A stretch of 64,000 nucleotides of DNA from an uncultured Candidatus Saccharibacteria bacterium. Lineage in GTDB: Bacteria; Patescibacteriota; Saccharimonadia; Saccharimonadales; JBBQAJ01. Shown piece by piece: positions 55,382-64,000 of this stretch (position 1 is the first letter of the stretch; each line of letters starts with the position of its first letter). Under the pieces are notes generated by a model, which made no database searches, was not told the DNA's origin, and saw only the letters and a list, made by a program, of their open reading frames with translations. Both the position numbers and the translations under genes were made by a program. The stretch lies in the NCBI GenBank assembly GCA_964593805.1, contig CAZQHP010000001.1, positions 321,516-385,515 on the forward strand, written 5' to 3'.

Positions 55382-56581
55382 TCAGGCGTCGAGGTTTATG
55401 ATTTTTGAGTTGCAAATTCGGCAAGATTCCTCCTGGTCGTCTTCGGCAACCCAGCGCTTGCTGGCCAATTGCCATGGCTGGTAATCGTGATAAGCAATCA
55501 GGTCAGCCAAAGAGCGCAAAAGCCAGCCGATTTTTCCATACAGGCGTATTTGGCCCCATAATACGGCCGCCCAGTGGTGGCCAGCCGGGAAAACATAAAT
55601 TGGTTTTTTGGCGTGGTAAGGTTTGGGCTCTTGCTTGCTTGCCAGGCGTTTTAAGTTAGCGCTTACGAATTTGCCATCAAATAAAGCCGTTTGCGCCATG
55701 CCGCTGTACGGGGTATCGGAGTTGTCTCCAATGATATATATTCCTGGTTCGGTTTGTAGAAATTGATCCACGCGGACTCGGCCGTTTTTGGCCAGCTGAA
55801 ACTCTTGTTTGGCAAAAAATGGATGGTTTGACACGCCAGCCGTCCATATGACCGTGTGGCTGCGGATAGGTTTGTTGTCCACCATCAGCGAATCGGCGGT
55901 CTGGGCCTGAACCGCGGTGCCCAGGTACAATTTCACTCCCTTTTTGCGGAGCTGTCTGGCAATCCGCCTAGAGACGTCTTTTGGCATGCGCGGAACCAGG
56001 CGCGGCGCGGCTTCTACCAGATCCACATGGATAGCTCGCTTGCCCAAACCGTGCTGTTTGGCGATTTGCCGCAAGTAAGACGGCAACACGCCCGCCAGCT
56101 CAATCCCGGTCGGTCCGCCGCCGACCACTACATAGTTAAGGTCTAGTTTTTGGGTGGCAATCATTTGCTCGTGCAAATGAGCTTTCAGCTCCTCCGCGTC
56201 GGCGTTGGTTTTGATGCCGTAAGACAACTCTTTCAAACCGTCAATATTGAAATAATTGGTTTTTACTCCCATGGCCAATACCAGCGCTTCATAGCCTACT
56301 ACGTGGCCAACTTTGGTTTTCACGGTGTGAGCCTGGCGGTTCACGCTCACAACCCGGTCGTTCAGAACGTGCACGCGCTTGCCGTCAAAAATTTCACCCA
56401 GAGGTATAGAAGATATCATGCGGCGCCCGCCGGTAGCGGTACGGTAAAGGGTCGGGTAATACCGAAAATCGGTGTGGTCAGATATGAGCGTGACGTGGAA
56501 GCGCCGGTCATCGGCAAGCTCCAAAGCGGCTTTGACGCCGCCAAACCCGCCCCCTACAATCACAACTCGGTGTTTGCTCAT
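55382..56581 (-). CDS. ndh: type II NADH:quinone oxidoreductase (NDH-2)
   Basis: Two dinucleotide-binding folds (VVIVGGGFGG; VVVGGGPTGIELAG), about 400 aa. Confidence 0.8.
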   Translation of the reverse strand: MSKHRVVIVGGGFGGVKAALELADDRRFHVTLISDHTDFRYYPTLYRTATGGRRMISSIPLGEIFDGKRVHVLNDRVVSVNRQAHTVKTKVGHVVGYEALVLAMGVKTNYFNIDGLKELSYGIKTNADAEELKAHLHEQMIATQKLDLNYVVVGGGPTGIELAGVLPSYLRQIAKQHGLGKRAIHVDLVEAAPRLVPRMPKDVSRRIARQLRKKGVKLYLGTAVQAQTADSLMVDNKPIRSHTVIWTAGVSNHPFFAKQEFQLAKNGRVRVDQFLQTEPGIYIIGDNSDTPYSGMAQTALFDGKFVSANLKRLASKQEPKPYHAKKPIYVFPAGHHWAAVLWGQIRLYGKIGWLLRSLADLIAYHDYQPWQLASKRWVAEDDQEESCRICNSKIINLDA

Positions 56582-56674
56582 AATTTCTCTGTTTTATAGG
56601 CCATGTCGTTATCTGTTTTGATTGTAACATAACGCTTATGATTTGGCCTCCAAGTTATGGTAAGCTGGAGCGGT

Positions 56675-58333
56675 ATGGACAACCTAAAACAGAAGCTCCA
56701 GAATCTTGGGTTTAGAGGCGAAGTGGATACCACTGCGGCCCGCCGCGACTTTTATAGCCACGACGCCAGTATGTTTGAGCTGATGCCAGAGGCAATTGTC
56801 TTTCCCAAAGACAGTGGGGATGTAAAAAAACTCGTCAGTTTTATAGCAGACGCCAAAAAAGCCGGCAACAAGCATATTTCCCTGACCGCTAGATCGGCCG
56901 GGACTGACATGAGCGGCGGCGCCATAAACCAGTCCATCATTATGGACATGGCCAGGCATTTTGACCAAATTTTTGAAGCGGACAAAAACTCCGCGCATGC
57001 CCAGCCCGGCGTTTACTACCGCGACTTTGAGGCCGAAACGCTGAAACACGGCGCCCTTATGCCCAGCTATCCTGCCAGCAGAGAACTTTGTACTATCGGC
57101 GGCATGGTTTCCAACAATGCCGGCGGCGAAAAATCCCTGCAGTACGGGAAGACTGAAAAGTTTGTGACCGGGCTCAAAGTAGTTTTTTCAGATGGCAATG
57201 AATACATCGTCAAGCCTCTAGACAAACCAGGGCTCGAAAAAAAGATGGCTCAAAAGGACTTTGAAGGCAAGCTGTACCGCGAAGTTTTTGCGCTGGTTGA
57301 CGGCCACTATGACGCCATCAAAGCCGCGCGGCCGCGCGTCAGCAAAGATTCTACCGGCTACCACCTATGGAACGTCTGGGACAGAGAAACGGGCGTATTT
57401 GATCTGAACCAAATTATCGTTGGCTCCCAGGGCACGCTCGGCGTAGTCACCGACATTCATTTCCGTTTGGTGCCCGCCCCTAAACATTCTGGAACACTGG
57501 TGGTTTTTCTGCGCGACATCTCTCAGCTGGGCGATCTGATTAACCAGGTGCTGCGGCACAAACCTGCCACGTTTGAGGGCTTTGACAACTATACTTTGAT
57601 GCTTAGTTTCAAACTTTTTTACTATTTTCACCAAACGCTCGGCTGGTGGGGGATGATCAAGCTCGGGTTTCAGCTTATACCAGACGCCCTGATGTTATTT
57701 AGGGGCATACCAAAAATGGTTTTACTGATTGAATTTAACGGCGAAACGCCGGAGGACGTTGCCGCCAAAGTCCACAAAATGCGCCAGGATCTGCACCCCT
57801 TTGATAGCAAAGAGTCGTATGAAGAAGATGCCACCGAAGCCAAAGCCCACAAGTTTTGGATTATGCGGCGCGAAAGCTTTAATTTGCTTCGCAAAAAGGT
57901 ACATGACAAACACACAGCGCCGTTTATTGACGATCTGGTAGTCCCGCCGGAACATTTGCAAAGTTTTCTGCCCGAACTGCGCCGCGTAATCAACAAATAT
58001 AAACTACTGGCAACCGTGGCCGGGCACATGGGCGACGGTAATTTTCACGTCATCCCGCTCATGAATATTGAAGAGCAGGCAGAACGCATGAAGCTGGAAC
58101 CGTGTATGCGGGAAGTAAACGCGTTGGTGCTGAAATACGGCGGCAGTTTGAGCGGCGAGCACAACGACGGCATGACCCGCGGCCCGTGGCTGTCCCAAAT
58201 GTACCCGCCCGAAATCATGGGCTATTTCAGAGACGTGAAAAAGCTGTTTGACCCGCATAATATCTTCAACCCGCACAAAAAAACCGACGCCAAGTGGGAT
58301 TTTTCTATCTCTCATATCCGTGAACACTTCTAG
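56675..58333 (+). CDS. FAD-linked oxidase (GlcD family), paralog of 29479-31116
   Basis: RSAGTDMSGGAI, GGMVSNNAGGEKSLQYG, C-terminal GEHNDG. Collinear with the other copy over its full length. The ATG at 56675 has a GGAG RBS. Confidence 0.8.
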   Translation: MDNLKQKLQNLGFRGEVDTTAARRDFYSHDASMFELMPEAIVFPKDSGDVKKLVSFIADAKKAGNKHISLTARSAGTDMSGGAINQSIIMDMARHFDQIFEADKNSAHAQPGVYYRDFEAETLKHGALMPSYPASRELCTIGGMVSNNAGGEKSLQYGKTEKFVTGLKVVFSDGNEYIVKPLDKPGLEKKMAQKDFEGKLYREVFALVDGHYDAIKAARPRVSKDSTGYHLWNVWDRETGVFDLNQIIVGSQGTLGVVTDIHFRLVPAPKHSGTLVVFLRDISQLGDLINQVLRHKPATFEGFDNYTLMLSFKLFYYFHQTLGWWGMIKLGFQLIPDALMLFRGIPKMVLLIEFNGETPEDVAAKVHKMRQDLHPFDSKESYEEDATEAKAHKFWIMRRESFNLLRKKVHDKHTAPFIDDLVVPPEHLQSFLPELRRVINKYKLLATVAGHMGDGNFHVIPLMNIEEQAERMKLEPCMREVNALVLKYGGSLSGEHNDGMTRGPWLSQMYPPEIMGYFRDVKKLFDPHNIFNPHKKTDAKWDFSISHIREHF

Positions 58334-59494
58334 TTAAGGCGCCTTGGCCGCAGCAAGCTGCAAACTCCCTTTGGCTAGTTCAAGTACAACTTTCCCGATG
58401 CGGTAGGTGATTGGTTTCATGGCGTCTTCTAGAAAAGGATTGAACGGCTGGATGGGTAATAGCTCGGGCTGGTTGTCCTGCCGAGCAAGTTGAGCCAGGT
58501 AGCGCAGGGCTTGGACCAAAAACTCCAAATCATGCCGGGTGATAAATTCTAACAGTACTTCCCGAGGGTTTTGGTAGCCGATAAGCCGCAACAAGCCCAG
58601 TAGTTTCTGAGTTATTTCGGGCGTAATGCCCGCCGCTCTACGTTCTACGCCTGGAGCATTGATTCGAGAAAAAGACTCATGCAGCGTATGTACTAACATA
58701 GTCACATCTTCGTTTTCGTCAGGCACTTCCTGCAGTAGCGAAACCAGGCAAACCAAGCTTTCTTCTAGCGGCTTCTCATTGGCGACGGCTCTTATTTCGT
58801 CTATCTCCAAGAAAACTTCAGGCTCATCCCGCGCCATTACAAATTCTTCAAATGTATTTTTCATAACAGGTTCTGAAATTTCTTGACTGAATAAAACAAC
58901 TTGATCTTCCAGTAAGCTAAGCTCCTGTGCGCCAGCAAGTTCAGGTTCGGGTGCTTGCTCTATAGTTACTAGGTCAAGAAGTTGCATAAAAGTTTCTAGC
59001 GTTTCGTCGTCAAAAATGACTTCGCTGTTCAGGGACATACCGGTTTCTGTCCTGTCAAAACCTACTGGTAATAATTCTACTGGCAGTTCCACGTTCTCAA
59101 AATCTAGGGTTTCAGGTTGATTGAGGGGTTCGTAAATCACTTCTTTGGCAGGTAGTGCTGGCTCGGAACTGGCATATGCACGTTCGAGGCTTGTTTTAGC
59201 CGGAACCTGAGTAAATGTTGCTCCCGCCGTCTGTTTTCTTTCCTTTAGAGCAGTTACTGGCTTAGTTGCAAAAGGAGCAGTATTTTTCGGACGGGATTTA
59301 GGCTCTACGACTACCCGAGGAACGGGGGGCTTAATTTCTACTAAATGTTTTTTGATGGAAGGTTTTTCTGCTTTGATTGGCTTTTGTTTTGTGGTTTGTT
59401 CGACAGGTCTTTGCGAGTCATCACTCATATGTTTTTTTAAGGAGGCAGCAACAGCTTCCGCCTCCCGGCTGCGAGCAGGAGTTTGCTTTAGCAT
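58334..59494 (-). CDS. hypothetical acidic protein; probably the 3' portion of a frameshift-interrupted gene
   Basis: Its frame stays open upstream of the ATG through a K/P/E/T-rich linker to the A9 tract, and has the same composition as the C-terminus of the upstream ORF. Confidence 0.5.
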   Translation of the reverse strand: MLKQTPARSREAEAVAASLKKHMSDDSQRPVEQTTKQKPIKAEKPSIKKHLVEIKPPVPRVVVEPKSRPKNTAPFATKPVTALKERKQTAGATFTQVPAKTSLERAYASSEPALPAKEVIYEPLNQPETLDFENVELPVELLPVGFDRTETGMSLNSEVIFDDETLETFMQLLDLVTIEQAPEPELAGAQELSLLEDQVVLFSQEISEPVMKNTFEEFVMARDEPEVFLEIDEIRAVANEKPLEESLVCLVSLLQEVPDENEDVTMLVHTLHESFSRINAPGVERRAAGITPEITQKLLGLLRLIGYQNPREVLLEFITRHDLEFLVQALRYLAQLARQDNQPELLPIQPFNPFLEDAMKPITYRIGKVVLELAKGSLQLAAAKAP

Positions 59495-59583
59495 TTCTGT
59501 AGATTTAGCAAAAGGTGCAATCTTTAAACTAGGCTCCTGAAGAATGACTTTCTCGGGGACTATGCGCTTAACTGATTCTGGGG

Positions 59584-60024
59584 TTAGCGACTCGGCTGCG
59601 GAGCTAGTTTTTTTTTAGGTGCTTTCTCGACGACAGGTTTTTGCTCAGTCATGGGGCTGTCTGTGGCCTTCTGCTCGGCAGCCGGGTTGGCTTCTCGCGT
59701 TGGAACTCTCAAGAGTGACCCGGTTTCTTTATCTTTCATGGCCGAAAAGCCAAGCGCTCTTGAGAACGACTGTTCTGGAGTTGCTCCTTCTTTGTGAGCT
59801 TCAACGGCAAGATCCAAAATGGTCGAGGCCATATCGGCTCCGTGCTCACTAACCATAAATTCGCCCAATGACGATATGCGATCCATGCCTGGCACAGGAC
59901 AGGAAACCTGTATTCTGGCAAGGTCTTGTGCTTGGAATTCATCAACACCCAAACGGGCTCTAATCATGGTAACTGCAGAATCAACGGCAGTCGCGGCTTG
60001 AACTTCAGCACCTAATTCACTCAT
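59584..60024 (-). CDS. hypothetical protein; probably the 5' portion of a frameshift-interrupted gene
   Basis: ATG at 60024. Ends ...EKAPKKKLAPQPSR with KKK encoded by the A9 run. A -1 shift there continues into the 58334-59494 frame. Confidence 0.5.
   Translation of the reverse strand: MSELGAEVQAATAVDSAVTMIRARLGVDEFQAQDLARIQVSCPVPGMDRISSLGEFMVSEHGADMASTILDLAVEAHKEGATPEQSFSRALGFSAMKDKETGSLLRVPTREANPAAEQKATDSPMTEQKPVVEKAPKKKLAPQPSR
59608..59616. repeat. A9/T9 homopolymer at gene junction
   Basis: Nine consecutive T on the + strand (A9 in mRNA sense), located at the frame switch between the two minus-strand ORFs. Confidence 0.9.
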
Positions 60025-60064
60025 AGTACAATGATAACCATAAACATCACCAAATACAAACACC

Positions 60065-60940
60065 CTAGGGAAGAAGCGGGCCAATCGAGAGCATCACTGC
60101 CAGCACCATGACGACTATTAGGGATGTACCGAACATTTGGCGAGCCCAGCGGTCATCGTTTCCGGCCTCAAAACCTGTCAGGCCACGGTACAGCCAGTAG
60201 AGGCCTATGCCTGCCATCACCACGAGATATATATAGCCAGTGTAGCCAAAACTAGTAAGCAGTAATGACGTGATGACGAAGGCAACTGTGTAGATCAGTA
60301 CGTACACTTTACTGGCTCGCAAACCCTTTTTGACCGAAAGAATAGGCAGTCCAGCGGCTTTGTAGTCTTTGAGGCGGTACATGCCAATAGCGTAGAAGTG
60401 CGGCATTTGCCAGAATACGTAGATAAAAAACAGTATGAATGCGCCGCTGTCTAGGTGATTCGTCACGGACGAATAGGCGGCTACTGGGGGCAAGGCGCCG
60501 GCTACACTCCCCACTACAGTTCCGTGGACTGATTGCCGCTTAGACACACCGTACAAAACTACATACGTAAACACTGCCAATACTCCCAGCCCAACGGTCA
60601 GCAGATTCGTAAAGCGTGCCAAAACCGCAAAACCAGCCACTCCAAGACAACTGGCATATATGATTGCGGCGAGTCCTGAAACCTTGCCAGATACCAAAGC
60701 CCGCTTATTGGTTCGAGCCATCTTGGCATCAATCCCGCGGTCTATATAGTTATTAAAAACACAGCTAGAAGCAATAACCAGCGCCATGCCGCCTAGCGTA
60801 GTGGCCAGCAGTCCAAACTCGAATTGCCAGCGTGAAGCCAAGAAAAAACCAGCCAAAGCGTTCAAAATATTGCCGTAAATAATGCCAGGTTTAGTTAGTT
60901 GGTAGTAGGTTTTGAGGGTGTTTATTCTTCGTTCCTTCAC
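60065..60940 (-). CDS. cyoE: protoheme IX farnesyltransferase (heme O synthase)
   Basis: UbiA-family motifs NNYIDRGIDAKMARTNKR and later Asp-rich region. 8-9 TM. Confidence 0.85.
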   Translation of the reverse strand: MKERRINTLKTYYQLTKPGIIYGNILNALAGFFLASRWQFEFGLLATTLGGMALVIASSCVFNNYIDRGIDAKMARTNKRALVSGKVSGLAAIIYASCLGVAGFAVLARFTNLLTVGLGVLAVFTYVVLYGVSKRQSVHGTVVGSVAGALPPVAAYSSVTNHLDSGAFILFFIYVFWQMPHFYAIGMYRLKDYKAAGLPILSVKKGLRASKVYVLIYTVAFVITSLLLTSFGYTGYIYLVVMAGIGLYWLYRGLTGFEAGNDDRWARQMFGTSLIVVMVLAVMLSIGPLLP

Positions 60941-61035
60941 AATTAAAGATGTACGCGTCTATTGTACCAAGCCGATAGGTACCATGTTATAGTTATCTAT
61001 TATGGTAACGGTTACAACCTGATGGGGTCAGGCCA

Positions 61036-61941
61036 ATGTCAAAAATAAACAAAAAGCGGCTTAATCCGGGCTGGGTAGTGCTAATTATTTTCTTGTTATT
61101 GACTGAGCTGGCTCTAGTCATTGCCTATCTGCTAGACGGTAAAAACGTCGCGCTGTTTAACCCGAAAGGTCTGATTGCCCAAGAGCAGCTAAGTCTCATG
61201 GTCTTTACTGCTGCCGTACTACTCGTGATAGCTATTCCTACACTTTCTCTCCTCTTTTACACGGCTTGGAAATATCGGGAAAGCAACACAAAAGCAACCT
61301 ACGCTCCTCATGCCCACCACAGTAAATTCCGTTCCTTGAGTATGTGGCTGATCCCAACCGCGTTTATGCTTGTGCTTGCCAGTGTTATGTGGCCTGCTAC
61401 CCATAGGCTGGTACCACAGAAATTGATAGCAGCGGACGCCAAACCGCTCAGAATCCAAGTTGTATCGATGCGCTGGAAATGGCTGTTTTTATATCCTGAG
61501 CAGGGCATTGCTACGATAAATTTTGTTCAAGTTCCGGTAAATACACCTGTACAATTTGAGTTAACAGCTGACGCCGCACCGATGAGTTCGTTCTGGATTC
61601 CGAATCTCGGCGGCCAGCTGTATTCGATGACTAGCCATGTTAATCGGCTGAACCTAGTTGCTGAGTCACCCGGAGATTATCCAGGCAGCTCGGCCGAAAT
61701 AAATGGTGCTGGTTTTGCGGGTATGAAATTCACGGCTCGTGCAAGTAATGCGCAAGAGTTTGACCTTTGGGTGCAAACAGTAAAACAATCACCGAATGTA
61801 CTTGATACCGCCACATACGAAAGCATACTTGCGCCCAGCGAAAACAATCCGGTTGCGTTCTACTCGGCCTTTGAGCACGGTTTGTACGAGGGGGTGATTA
61901 TGAAATACTTGGGACCCGTAGAGGGGCAGGTGCACCACTGA
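61036..61941 (+). CDS. cyoA: cytochrome o/bo3-type ubiquinol oxidase subunit II
   Basis: Two N-terminal TM helices plus cupredoxin-like periplasmic domain without the CuA Cys/His ligands (quinol-oxidase type). Stop overlaps the cyoB ATG. Confidence 0.8.
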   Translation: MSKINKKRLNPGWVVLIIFLLLTELALVIAYLLDGKNVALFNPKGLIAQEQLSLMVFTAAVLLVIAIPTLSLLFYTAWKYRESNTKATYAPHAHHSKFRSLSMWLIPTAFMLVLASVMWPATHRLVPQKLIAADAKPLRIQVVSMRWKWLFLYPEQGIATINFVQVPVNTPVQFELTADAAPMSSFWIPNLGGQLYSMTSHVNRLNLVAESPGDYPGSSAEINGAGFAGMKFTARASNAQEFDLWVQTVKQSPNVLDTATYESILAPSENNPVAFYSAFEHGLYEGVIMKYLGPVEGQVHH

Positions 61942-64000
61942 TGAAAGAATTAATACTTGGCAAATTAGATTGGAGCGCCCTGCCACACGAATGGTTTACT
62001 ATCGGCGCGTCCGTGGCCTTTATCGGCATGTTTTTATTTGTCGCCATAGTAATCACCAGAATGAAACGCTGGAAATGGCTGTGGAACGAGTGGCTGACTT
62101 CTGTAGACCCTAAAAAAATTGGCATCATGTATTTCCTGGCTGGCGGGTTTATGCTCTTGCGCGGAGGTTTAGACGCAATTATGCTTTGGCTGCAGCAGGC
62201 TCTCGGTTCTAGCAATATGCCTGGACTGACCCCAGAAGCCACCTATGGATACTTATCTGCCGATCACTTCCAACAAATCTTTACAGCTCACGGCAATATA
62301 ATGGTCTTCTTTGTGGCCATGGCCTTTATATTCGGGCTGATAAATTACATTGTGCCTTTGCAAATTGGCGCGCGTGATTTGGCGTCACCCTTCTTGAATA
62401 CGTTAGGATTTTGGCTGTACATCGGCGGTGTTGTAATGGTAAATATATTCTTCCTGATTGGTGGTGAGTATGCAGCAACTGGCTGGTTGGCGGTAGCACC
62501 GCTTTCTGGCAGAGAGTTTAGTCCGGGAGTCGGCGTGGACTATTGGATTTGGAGTTTGCAGATTGCTGGTGTTGGGACAACGCTTGGAGCTATAAACTTT
62601 ATCATGACAATTCTAAAAATGCGCGCAAAAGGCATGACGCTGTGGAAAATGCCATTATTCACTTGGGGTTCCTTGTGTAGCATGATTATGGCTGTAACCG
62701 TGTTCCCACTGCTTACGGCCACTCTTTTCTTGATGTTTTTTGACCGCTACCTTGGAACACACTTCTTTACTACCATTGGTGGTGGCGATCCTATGATGTA
62801 CACCAACCTGATTTGGATGTGGGGCCACCCAGAAGTGTATATTCTAATGTTGCCAGCTTTTGGGGCCTTTTCGGAAGTTGTTTCTACATTTAGCCGCAAG
62901 GCAATCGCCAGCTACACATCAAACGTACTAGGGATGATAGGAGTCTCGGCGCTGGCTCTTTCTGTCTGGCTACACCACTTCTTTACTATGGGTGCGAGCG
63001 CCGATGTAAATGCTTTCTTTGGTCTCATGACAATGATAATCGCTATTCCAACTTCGGTATTAGTATTTACCTGGATAGCCACGATGCACAAAGGTTTAAT
63101 ACGCTTTGATGCGCCTATGCTGTGGTTTTTAGGGTTTATTGGCATTTTTGCAATTGGCGGTATGGCCGGTGTAATGCTGGCTGTGCCCCCGGCCGATTTC
63201 CAACTGCACAATAGTTTGTTCCTAGTGGCTCACTTCCACTCCATGGTAGTAGGTGGCGTGCTGTTTGGTATTTTCTGCGGATTATCTTATTGGTTCCCAA
63301 AGATAACTGGCCTCAAGCTCAATGAACGGATTGGCCGGAGCGCATTTTGGTGCTGGATGATTGGGTTTTGTCTATCTTTTATCCCTATGTACGTTTTAGG
63401 GCTTATGGGTGCGACTAGGCGGCTGGATCATTATGACGCCTCCACCGGCTGGCAGCCGCTGTTTGTGCTCATGCTGATTGGTGGGATTGTCATCGCGTTT
63501 GGCGTGGCTTTGCAGCTGGCTCAGATCTTGGCTAGCGTCATACAAAAGAAACGGCTGCGGGATACCACCGGCGATCCGTGGAATGGGCGGTCGCTGGAAT
63601 GGGCGGTCGCATCGCCGCCGCAGTTCTATAACTTTACCGTTATTCCAAAAGTATCAAGCAGAGACGCTTTCTGGGAAATGAAACGTCGAGGCTTGCCTAG
63701 TCCTGCCTACGAAGATATTCACGTACCCAAAAACACTGCCGCCGGTATTTATATTGCCGCCTTTGCATTTCTAGTCGGCTTTGCTTTTGTTTGGGAAATA
63801 ATTTGGCTAGCTGTCTTGTCAATAATCGGCATAATTGTTGTTTTTGTCGTTCGTGGTTTCAATGAACACAGCGAATACATCCTAACCGCTGCAGAAGTGC
63901 AAAAACTGCATGAATCCAGACAAAAGAGAGACCAGGCTCGTAGGGCTAGTACCGTAGTCAATACCGACGAAGACATGGGAGTATGGGAACTAATACGCGT
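61941..64000 (+). CDS. cyoB: cytochrome o/bo3 ubiquinol oxidase subunit I (3' end beyond window)
   Basis: Heme-copper oxidase signatures (GHPEVYILMLPAFG, HHFFTMG, FLVAHFH). Open to the window end. Not in the ORF track because it has no stop in the window. Confidence 0.85.
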   Translation, partial: MKELILGKLDWSALPHEWFTIGASVAFIGMFLFVAIVITRMKRWKWLWNEWLTSVDPKKIGIMYFLAGGFMLLRGGLDAIMLWLQQALGSSNMPGLTPEATYGYLSADHFQQIFTAHGNIMVFFVAMAFIFGLINYIVPLQIGARDLASPFLNTLGFWLYIGGVVMVNIFFLIGGEYAATGWLAVAPLSGREFSPGVGVDYWIWSLQIAGVGTTLGAINFIMTILKMRAKGMTLWKMPLFTWGSLCSMIMAVTVFPLLTATLFLMFFDRYLGTHFFTTIGGGDPMMYTNLIWMWGHPEVYILMLPAFGAFSEVVSTFSRKAIASYTSNVLGMIGVSALALSVWLHHFFTMGASADVNAFFGLMTMIIAIPTSVLVFTWIATMHKGLIRFDAPMLWFLGFIGIFAIGGMAGVMLAVPPADFQLHNSLFLVAHFHSMVVGGVLFGIFCGLSYWFPKITGLKLNERIGRSAFWCWMIGFCLSFIPMYVLGLMGATRRLDHYDASTGWQPLFVLMLIGGIVIAFGVALQLAQILASVIQKKRLRDTTGDPWNGRSLEWAVASPPQFYNFTVIPKVSSRDAFWEMKRRGLPSPAYEDIHVPKNTAAGIYIAAFAFLVGFAFVWEIIWLAVLSIIGIIVVFVVRGFNEHSEYILTAAEVQKLHESRQKRDQARRASTVVNTDEDMGVWELIR

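Noticed and set aside
56657-56674. Upstream ATG (MVSWSG) for the second FAD oxidase
   Set aside because: No RBS. The ATG at 56675 has GGAG upstream and aligns with the paralog. It is kept as a possibility.

Overview
This 64-kb window is a compact, gene-dense bacterial chromosome segment, mostly core genes on the + strand and many with overlapping stop/start codons. I infer a small-genome, possibly CPR/Saccharibacteria-like organism from the short AlaRS, a cyo quinol-oxidase operon, Ni-SOD, and many exported proteins with long Lys/Arg-rich N-tails; I cannot confirm this without searches.

Core genes recognised from conserved motifs:
- Translation, RNA and ribosome: alaS, leuS, rplY, rpmF, rpsP, khpA-like KH protein, trmD, nusB, rnc.
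- Replication and repair: ruvX, sbcB, uvrA, uvrC, ligA.
- Division and cell wall: ftsA, mltG, a LysM/CHAP hydrolase, a murF-like ligase, ddl, a class IV aminotransferase.
- Other: obg, dedA, secG, htpX/lemA, a split chrA pair, two ABC exporters, an Opp-type binding protein.
- Nine tRNA genes in three loci: Leu-GAG; Leu-CAG, Val, Phe, Gly; an atypical Cys plus Leu-TAA; and a tRNA-Ala further downstream.

Features worth a second look:
1. An oxygen-handling block at the 3' end: Ni-superoxide dismutase sodN with its maturation peptidase sodX, NDH-2, an FAD-linked oxidase, heme O synthase cyoE, and cyoA/cyoB, with lower-GC hypothetical genes around the neighbouring rpsP/trmD region.
2. Two genes (58334-59494 and 59584-60024, minus strand) that look like one ~590-aa protein split by a -1 frameshift at an A9 homopolymer.
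3. Two tRNA genes (Gly, Ala) each followed 150-160 bp downstream by a direct copy of their own 3' end, plus a 5' tRNA-Leu fragment upstream of tRNA-Leu(GAG). These look like site-specific integration scars.
4. A 34-bp perfect palindrome after leuS, and a near-consensus rpsP promoter whose -35 box sits inside a 21-bp palindrome.
5. A recurring promoter element TCTGTT(T)ATGCTACAAT, and extended -10 boxes 7-15 nt upstream of starts, suggesting short or absent leaders.

No CRISPR array, rRNA, transposase or integrase gene was seen. All functional calls come from motif recognition by eye; no database search was possible.
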